Origin: Octopus vulgaris
Lineage: Eukaryota
Assembly: GCA_951406725.2 (NCBI GenBank)
Contig: OX597817.1
Span: forward strand, 30,504,001 to 30,568,000
Length of the DNA: 64,000 nucleotides
Direction: 5' to 3'
Shown here: positions 55,638 through 64,000 of the stretch, in pieces
Layout of the letters: the number at the start of each line of letters is the position of its first letter
Numbering within the stretch: the stretch's first letter is position 1
Notes under the pieces: generated by a model
Told to the model about the DNA's origin: nothing
The model's database searches: none
Seen by the model: the letters and a program-made list of their open reading frames with translations, nothing else
Made by a program: the position numbers and the translations under genes

Positions 55638-56280
55638 GTGTATATGCATCTATAACAGAAAGAGGTTAACATTTAATACTTTCTTTTTTAATTATTATTT
55701 CTGCTCTGATTTTCTGACTTGCATTATTTTCTTTACATGTATTTACTTTTTGACTCATTTTGCTTTTATTTTATACACAAAAATGTAGAGAAAATATAAC
55801 CTAAAGGACTATTATTAGTTAATGACAAATCATTGGTATATATTGTAAGCCAAACTTTCCCAGAAAGCATTAGGTTAAATTTGCCATTGTTCTTTTATAT
55901 AAGCGCTAATGACTGGAAATTGAAAGCTTTTGTAAGTTGCTTTCTGCCTTTATATTACTGTTCCATAATCAATAGGCAACCTGAAACAGTGCAGCTACAT
56001 AGATTTATATTGATAAGGAGTTAGAAAAACAATCACACAACAGAAATTAATACAGCCACACACGAACACATATATGTACGTTCACAGACACAGAAACGCA
56101 AATAAAATTACTTTGTTTTTCTTTCTCTCCAAATTTCTGACTCTCTTTCATTTTCTTCTCTCTTTCTTTTCAAGCTGAAAGACATTTAAATTTGTAACAC
56201 TCCTACAAATATAAAAGCATGAGTATGCAGAGAATTGTTTTATGTTTGTGCAAGTTTATAGATCAGCACACATACACACA

Positions 56281-56492
56281 CATCATCATCATCATCATTT
56301 AACGTCCGTTTTCCGTGCTAGCATGGGTTGGACGGTTCGACTGGGATCTGGGAAGCCAGGAGGCTGCACCAGGCTCCAGTCTGATCTGGCAGTGTTTCTA
56401 CAGGTGGATGCCCTTCCTAATGCCAACCACTCTGTGAGTGTAGTGGGTGCTTTTTACGAGCCACTGGCACAGGTGCCAGGGGAAGCTGGCAG
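56281..56492 (-). mobile_element. RTE 3' UTR copy
   Basis: Reverse complement of 52420-52631. Confidence 0.85.
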
Positions 56493-56498
56493 TATGTA

Positions 56499-56535
<37 letters not shown>

Positions 56536-57694
56536 ATCATTGTAGCTTTGTTGCTTAGCCCAAGGCAAATACTGATTGATAAGAGTTATGGTTACAGGAT
56601 TCTAACTGCGGCCACCCAGTCTGCTTAATAAATATAGTGTAATCAGAATATTAATATCCATTATTTACTTCAGAGGGAGGTGGTCCCCATTTTTTTCCAT
56701 TCATGATCAGCTATACCTGATTTATCAATATCTCCTCGTGTCACAGCTTTGCAATATCCCTGTGCCCTTATTTTGATGGGGCAGCATTTCGCCTTTGTAT
56801 AACCTACCACTGCTGCATGGGATGGAGTACATGCAGTCTTTGGTCATATTCTCTTCTATTGGTGGTTTTATTCGAAGGAGATATTTCCAAATTGTTGTTT
56901 TACTCTTGAATACTGTCCTGATCTTATATGGGCTGCATATCTTTTGAATCTTTTCGGAGAGGCTTTCACATAGGGTAGACAGACAGGCCATCCATATACC
57001 GCAGCCAATCTTCACAGAACAATACCTCAACTTTAATTCCCACCATCCATACAGTGTAAAGAGAGGGATTTCTCAGTGCCTAAAACATTGAGCAAAGTCT
57101 ACAAGTAGCGATCCTGATACACACCAAGAAGAAATTATCAAGCTGAGTAACAATCCATTAAGCAACAACTACCCAAAAACATACAATCCTCTCCAATTAT
57201 TAAGAAAAGAGAGGATGAAACCCATAAACTGACCACTGTCTGTCTACACTATGTGAAAGGCCTCTCTGAAAAGATACAAAAGATACGCAGTCCATATGAC
57301 ATCAGGACAGTATTCAAGAGTAATACAACACTTCACAAATATCTCCTTCGAGTAAAACTACCAATAGAAGAGAATATGACCAAAGACTGTGTGTTCTCCA
57401 TCCCATGCAGCTGTGGCTGGTTATACAAAGGCAAAACATGCTGCCCCCTCAAAATAATGGTAGAGGAACATCTCAAAGCTGTGACACGAGGAGATATTGA
57501 TAAATTGGGTATAGCTGATCATGTATGGAAAAAACAAAACACAAAAACTAAAAGAAGCAGCACATATGCTAGGACATAATAACCTCCTAAGCAGACCTAG
57601 TGCAGATATGTGTAGCATATGGGAACTGGTATGAAGGAAGGATTGGAAAATATAAAATTTATAAACCCTAAAATTCACTCCATAATTGCCCACA

Positions 57695-57767
57695 GGTAAT
57701 ATGGCATAGTGGTTAAGAGCATGGGCTACTAATCCCAAGATTCCAAATTCAATTCCAGGCAGTGACC
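57695..57767 (+). other. tRNA-like (Pol III A/B box) module inside the PLE 3' region; not a functional tRNA
   Basis: 73 nt: ggtaatatggcatagtggttaagagc (A box), gggctactaatccc (anticodon-like arm), aattcaattcc (decayed B box), agtgacc. Confidence 0.6.
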
Positions 57768-57835
57768 TGAATAATAATAATAATAACATCGAAAAATACC
57801 TTAGGAATGAGAACCCAGGTTTGAAATTTCCCCAA

Positions 57836-57881
57836 GACACCTGATGAAGGCTGGAGAGTATATCAGCCAAAACATTGTGTT
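57836..57881 (+). ncRNA. Minimal hammerhead ribozyme, inactivated copy
   Basis: gacac-CTGATGA-aggctg..cagcc-aAAA-CaTT-gtgtt; two CpG>CpA changes relative to the 60234-60279 copy. Confidence 0.65.
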
Positions 57882-58043
57882 AACAATAAACAAGATGAGG
57901 ATAAATATCCGTCAAATGTAAATAATGTACATAATTCCTCATCTCTCAAATATAGAACTGTATGTATGAGCATGTTTATATGTATATACATTGATGTGTA
58001 TATATTTCAATTCAATATGAAATACATTGTGAAGTAAGTTTAA

Positions 58044-59121
58044 TCCCTTAATGGATTATCCCAAGTTTACTTGTGCATCACAAATGTATCTTTTTAGAAC
58101 CAGACAAGTATACTCAGTCAAAATTAACTTTTAATTTTAGCATCCAAACGAGTTTATTTGTTTTGTATCATTTTACTTTTGAGCAATTACGAATTTATTC
58201 ATGTTGTTTAAAAAATATAAATATTTTTTCATTTGATGGATTTGGCTATCTGGAATGCTTATTTTTGGTATAAAGCATCTTTGGAAACTTCAGCTTCTGC
58301 TATGAAACCGCTGAAATTTAGAATGCAAATAATCACCTAGATTATTGAAAAATATAGGTCCTTATTGCCTCCCAAGAAACCAGGAAGACCATCATCAATC
58401 CCACATCCAACAAGATTTGTCCCAGCTGGTCACTTTCCCATGGAAATACCACAAAGTGTTAAGAAAAAGAACCCTACAAGACAGTGTGCAAAATGAGCAG
58501 AGAAGACAGACGCTAAAGAAAAGAAGATTCAAAGAGAAAGCAGATACATGTGTGATGTCTGCAAGATAACTTTGTGTGTAACTCCTTGTTTTAAAAATTA
58601 TCATTCTAAATAAACTGTCTATCTCGTTTTTTTAAAACAATTTCCTTTGATTTAAAAGCGATACATCTTATAAAAATTCAAAGATAGTTAAGTTATATGT
58701 ATTTTGTCAATGTCCGAGTTAACTCATTTAACCCTTTCATTACTAACCCGGCCAAAACCGGCTCTGGCTCTGTAGTACAAATGTCTTGTTTTCATAAGTT
58801 TTGCATCAAAATATACCACCAAACCTTAGTTGCAATTTATATTCCTAACACTAGCTTAATGATAACCAAGTTATTTTACTAAATTCTTTGTTATATTTAA
58901 AATAATTGAAAGAAACACAGAACATCTCAAAATAAATATGGTAACGAAAGGGTTAAATCCAAATGAGTAAAAGTACATTTTAATTTCTATAATAAAAAAT
59001 AAAGGAAACAAGATAAAAAAAATTTTTTTTGTAATTAACACAGTATATATAATTAAAAAAGGAAAAAAAAAATATGCTCTGAAATGAAAAGCCATGTCAA
59101 AATAATTGATCCATTAAGAGG
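58044..59121 (+). mobile_element. piggyBac deletion derivative retaining the C-terminal Cys-rich domain
   Basis: TTAA|tcccttaatggat ... atccattaagagg|TTAA; KKNPTRQCAK...RESRYMCDVCKI.LCVTPCFKNYH at ~58465-58610. Confidence 0.82.
58732..58952. mobile_element. piggyBac-type MITE nested in piggyBac
   Basis: TTAA|ccctttcattac ... gtaacgaaaggg|TTAA. Confidence 0.88.
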
Positions 59122-59702
59122 TTAATCTTCAAATAGTGAGAATTCTTGACATGGTCTAGTCTTGTTAAACCTCATCAGCAAAGTGAAGTCTGACCTTAAC
59201 AACAAAATCTTAGATTGGCAATAGAAATGCAGATATGGAATGAATGAACATTGAGTGGCATGATAAACTTTTTTGAAAATGTCTTGGGTACTTGAGAATA
59301 ATGGTTATCTTTTTGATGTTTGGAGAATATTAGTAATAGCTGCCAACAGAGCTCTCTGTAGAGATTAAGAATTTTTATTGATATTTCTTCTCACCTAGAG
59401 GGATGGTATTACGGCAATGATCGATTGCTGTTGACACATTTGCATGCTTAGCCTCATTTAGGTAATTATTTAAATAAATATTTATTCTACAGATAGAAAT
59501 ATCATATTTATAATCTGCACGAGAGAGAAAGATGGAGAAAGAGAGATAGAGTAAGTTTGTCATTGATGGTGAGATAATGGCTATTTGAAAGCTGCAAATT
59601 TGCTCACAAGGCTTACAGAGAGGAATTTTTGCATGCAATATTAATTCTCTACCAATTTCAGGCAGCTAATTCTTAGCATATTTTCCTATATACCTATCAG
59701 CT

Positions 59703-59788
59703 GTGAGTGTGTGTGGGTGGGGGGGGGTACATGCATGAGTGTGTGTATGTGTGTGTGCAAGTGTGTGTGTGCGTGTATAAGTGTGTAA

Positions 59789-59819
<31 letters not shown>

Positions 59820-59908
59820 TGTGTGTGTGTGTAAGTGTGTAAATGTGTGTGTGTGTGTATGTGTGTGTGCGTCTGTAAGTGTGTGTATGTGTGTGTGTGC
59901 AAGTGTGT

Positions 59909-59945
<37 letters not shown>

Positions 59946-59950
59946 CGTGC
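59703..59950. repeat. GT-rich compound microsatellite
   Basis: Direct inspection. Confidence 0.95.
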
Positions 59951-60145
59951 GTGCATGCACAATGATCATCATCATTGTTTAACATCACCCCTAACATCTG
60001 GCCACCTAATTCCCCAGACTGCAACCTGATGATCATCTGTTTCCCATGCTGGCATGGGTTGGCTGATTTTATAGAACCTGGCCCACTGAGGAGCTGTCCA
60101 GACTCCAAATTGTCTGTTGTTGCATGCTTTTAACAGTTTGATACC

Positions 60146-60316
60146 CAGTTCTATATTTGAGAGATGAGGAATTATGTACATTATTTACATTATTTACATT
60201 TGACAGATATTTGTCCTCATCTTGTTTGTTGTTAGCACAACGTTTCGGCTGATATACCCTCCAGCCTTCATCAGGTGTCTTGGGGAGATTTTGAACCTGG
60301 GTTCTTATTCCCAGGT
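60146..60316 (-). mobile_element. Solo PLE pLTR fragment (same family as 57797-57960)
   Basis: Reverse-complement match to 57797-57960. Confidence 0.88.
60234..60279 (-). ncRNA. Minimal type I hammerhead ribozyme
   Basis: gacac-CTGATGA-aggctg-gagggtatat-cagcc-GAAA-CG-TT-gtgct; ACGT palindromic stem III. Confidence 0.72.
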
Positions 60317-60341
60317 GCATGATTGCTTATATTAGTAATAT

Positions 60342-60545
60342 TGTTTTCAAATTTTTTTACAAGGCCAGCAATTTTGGTAGAGAGTAAGTTGCTTACTTCA
60401 ACCACATTACTCAACTGGTATTTATTTTATCAAACCCAAAAGGATGAATGGCCAAGTCAACCTCAGCAGAATTTGAACTCAGAGTGTAAAGACATGAAAC
60501 ACTGCTAGGAATTTTGCCCAACAGGCAAAAATTCTTCAAGGTCAC
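60342..60545 (-). mobile_element. SINE family C (degenerate)
   Basis: Homology to 42322-42520. Confidence 0.7.
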
Positions 60546-61108
60546 CTAAACATTATTTTATGAAAATAGCAATTTGATATTGAAAAGCCAATACATTCTC
60601 CGTTTGAGAATACCTTTTATGATATTCAAACTAAAGCAATAAACTAATAAATCACATCATGAGATGCAACCATAACTTAAATGAATTTGAGCTTCCATTC
60701 TCTTCCTCTTAAATTAGGTGTATTCTTATATCTGCTTCAAGGGAATTGGAATTTCAGTTGTTTACTCAACTGCTATTTGGTAATTCATCAGTCATTTTGT
60801 GCTGCACAATATCTAGCTTCTAATAAGAATTAGCAAAGAAGTGTATTGCACCTTATTTTGATATTTCAATGATAATATAATCCAAGAGTATTTGTATCTC
60901 TTAAATTAACTGGCAAGATTATTGGTATAAGTGTTATTAAATATTATGCCTATATAAGCAATTTTAGATTGGGTCAGAAAAACAACTTCACTTACAGGAT
61001 GTGAATCTCGTATCACATGCTTGCTAGATCACCACATCCCCAATTATTCTAAACTGAGATTGCATTGCATTTCCTTCTATTTCATATATTACTCATTAAT
61101 TTATTTGC

Positions 61109-61157
<49 letters not shown>

Positions 61158-61349
61158 TACACACACTCATACAGATATATGCATATAATAATAATATTGA
61201 TAAGCTTAAAACTTATAAGCAATCATCATGACTTGACTAAAGAACATAGTCTAGTATTGGGGCATATAAGCCCTAAATACATATAAATATATATTAATAA
61301 CCTATTGTTCAAACTCAAAATGCATATAGTGCAGAGCATGTATGTGTGT

Positions 61350-61816
61350 GTTGAAAGACCATATGTCTGGCAAAAGGACTCTCCACCATGCTACACAAGC
61401 AGGAAAACCCAGCCATGGCTCTTAGACAAGTTCTGCAACCACATAAACCCTAACATCTAGCCACCTAACTCCCTAGACTGCAACCCCCTTGATTATTATG
61501 TGTGGGGCGCAGTTGAGAGAGTGAGACCAACAAAACTCCTTGTAACACCACCGATGAACTGAAGACAAGGATTATGGTAACATTCACCAACTTAAACAAG
61601 GAAACCATCCAGAAGAGTTGCAGGAGATTCCGAAGTCGTTTGGAGTCCATGGTTGAAGCCAATGGCGATTTTATTGAATAAGTTTATTGAATAAGTTTAC
61701 TCTTTAGTATTTCAAGATATTTTTATGTAATTTTGGTAAATATATCTGTAAAAATGAGATGTCAGTGCTATTTTCATATTTGTGTAATTTAGACGAAAGT
61801 TTATTCACCATACCCT
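61350..61816 (+). pseudogene. Tc1/maT(DD37D)-like transposase C-terminal fragment plus right TIR
   Basis: VWQKDSPPC...PPNSLDCNP.DYYVWGAVE...CRRFRSRLESMVEANGDFIE*; ends ...caccataccctg. A small fragment also lies at 59980-60026. Confidence 0.85.
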
Positions 61817-61943
61817 GGAGTGGCTGTGTGGTAAGTAGCTTGCTTCTCAACCACAGGATCCCAAGTTCAGTCCCACTGCATGGCACGTTGGGCTAGTGTC
61901 TTCTACTATAGCCTCGGGCCAACCAAAGCCTTGTGAGTGGATT
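61817..61943 (+). mobile_element. SINE family A head
   Basis: Homologous to 7250-7375. Confidence 0.85.
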
Positions 61944-62061
61944 TTCAAATTTGGATTGCATATTATTTTCTTCAGCCCACTAATATTTATGGCATTTAAT
62001 GCGTGTCTGTGTGTGTGTGTGTGTTGGTGTTATTGAGACATCATTATCATCATCATCATCA

Positions 62062-62105
<44 letters not shown>

Positions 62106-62715
62106 TGTGTGTGTATACATACATGCACACACAAAACCATCTAGTTAGGAGAACTAACTCAATTCAGCCATAAACACACACAAGAGCTTTTGTCCCTAAT
62201 TAGCTGACATCTCTCAAGCATGCATAAATACACAAGCTTTTCAATGTGCATAATATCAACATTAGTTATTTTGCCAAGAGCAGTACACAATATATCAGAA
62301 AGAAAGCATCCATCCTTGTAGACTTTGCCTCAGGCATCCATTTACAACTGTCAACATTAATTCACTAGTTTTCTGGGGGGTTTCTTCCTTTCCAAGGTAG
62401 TGCTCTTGTTAAGGAATGCATCAGATTGTTGCAATATGTGCAGGTTTTTATGGAGACAAAGATTGCAATTACATGCTTAGAATGCACAAGGACAAGACTT
62501 TATCAAAAATGTTCCTGGTTATACTGAGTAGTGTTTCCCTCCTCCTGGAGTTTCCAGAGGAAACAGAAGGAAATGGACTTCCTGGACTTGAAAAGGTTCC
62601 TATGTGAAATGAGCATTTTCTTCAAATCATTAAACTTAATTTCATTGTAATTTCTCATATTATCAGATGAAGTAAGAGTCACCTTATAGATAATTTCCTT
62701 GGAAATTAATGGACA

Positions 62716-62864
62716 AAGAAGAAGAAGAAGAAGAAGAAGAAGAAGAAGAAGAAGAAGAAGAAGAAGAAGAAGAAGAAGAAGAAGAAGAAGAAGAAGAAGA
62801 AGAAGAAGAAGAAGAAGAAGAAGAAGAAGAAGAAGAAGAAGAAGAAGAAGAAGAAGAAGAAGAA
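62716..62864. repeat. (AAG)n microsatellite
   Basis: Direct inspection. Confidence 0.97.
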
Positions 62865-62876
62865 GATGACGACGTA

Positions 62877-63087
62877 AGGCAGCAAGCAAGCAGAATTGTT
62901 AGCATGCAGGGCAAAATGTTCAGTGACAGTTCATCCCTTATGTTCTGAGTTCAAATTCCACTAAGATCCACTTTGCTTTACATCATTTCAGAATTAATAA
63001 AATAAGTACCAGCTGAGCACTGGGGTCAATGTAATCGACTTATCCCTCCCCCAAACCTGATGGCCATGTGCTAAAATTTTAAACCAA
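62877..63087 (+). mobile_element. SINE family C (degenerate)
   Basis: aggcagcaagc...ctgagttcaaattcc...aagtaccag. Confidence 0.72.
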
Positions 63088-63121
63088 TATCCCTGCATGT
63101 GTGCATGTGTTTGCACATGTG

Positions 63122-63670
63122 TACACATGCACAAATACACACACACACACACAAATACATACACACACACAAACACACACACAAATACACACACACTCAC
63201 ACAAATACAAACACACTCACAAATACACACACACACACACACAAATGCACACACACAAATACATACACACACAAATACACATACACAAATACATACACAA
63301 ATACACACACACACACAAATTCATATGCACACACAAATACACACATACCACATACAAATACATGCACACTCACAAATACACACACAAATACATATATACA
63401 CACACACAAACACATACACTCACACACAAATACATGCACACACACAAATACACACACACACAAATTCATACACACACACACAAATACATGCACACACACA
63501 AAAATACACACACACACACATACAAATACACACACACACACAAATACACACACACACACACAAATACATACACACACACAAATACATACACACACACAAA
63601 TACACACACACACACACAAATACACACACACTCACAAATATACACATACACACACACAAATACATACATA
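63122..63670. repeat. CA-rich minisatellite (CACACAAATA-type units)
   Basis: Direct inspection. Confidence 0.95.
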
Positions 63671-64000
63671 CGTGTGTATATGAGTTTCTTTAAAATATAG
63701 CACTACAGTTACATTTAATCTATATAAAGTCCTGTTTGGATTTCTGGTCACCTTGATCTTTGATTCATAATTTTTCCCATATGTGTGTGTGTGTGTGAGC
63801 ATGCGTACATGCACGCATGCGTGTGTACTTGAGGTAATCTCATTAGTAGAAATTCCTTTGTAAGGCTTTAATAAACATTTTGATAAACGCCTGCATGATC
63901 AATCGCAATATGCCTGTATATATATGTATGTATATATATATATGTGTGTATAGGTACATTTTTGTTACTGCAAACAATGCTTTGAATGGAAACCTAGATT

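Larger units (their letters stand above)
56660..57960 (+). mobile_element. Penelope-like element, 5'-truncated with an inverted 5' copy: RT thumb, GIY-YIG endonuclease, 3' pLTR
   Basis: EQYLNFNSHHPYSVKRGI; YVKGLSEKIQKI...DCVFSIPCSCGWLYKGKT...EHLKAV...GIADHVW; KLKEAAHMLGHNNLLSRPS. 56660-56985 is an inverted copy of the GIY-YIG region. Confidence 0.88.

Noticed and set aside
57695-57767. Functional tRNA gene (also the heads of SINE families A-C)
   Set aside because: Acceptor and T stems are poorly paired and the segments are embedded in mobile elements

Overview
AT-rich, microsatellite-dense eukaryotic DNA made almost entirely of transposon debris. The repeat repertoire (tRNA-derived SINEs, RTE tails ending in (GAT)n, long (TA)n/(TATG)n/(GATA)n tracts) looks like octopus/coleoid cephalopod intergenic or intronic sequence; this is recognition, not a database result. 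No intact host gene is supported, and nearly all listed ORFs are microsatellite translations or TE remnants. Recognisable elements are Helitrons, Tc1/mariner/pogo fragments and MITEs, piggyBac with a nested MITE, RTE and CR1-type LINE ends, R4/Dong-like RLE retroelements in (TAA)n and (TACA)n, three SINE families and Penelope-like elements (PLE). The most notable observation is two unrelated elements (845-1300 and 21867-22700), each embedded in (TA)n and each a long palindrome whose arms encode type I hammerhead ribozymes on opposite strands, plus a short terminal hairpin. A PLE 3' region also carries a tRNA-like module directly upstream of a minimal hammerhead.
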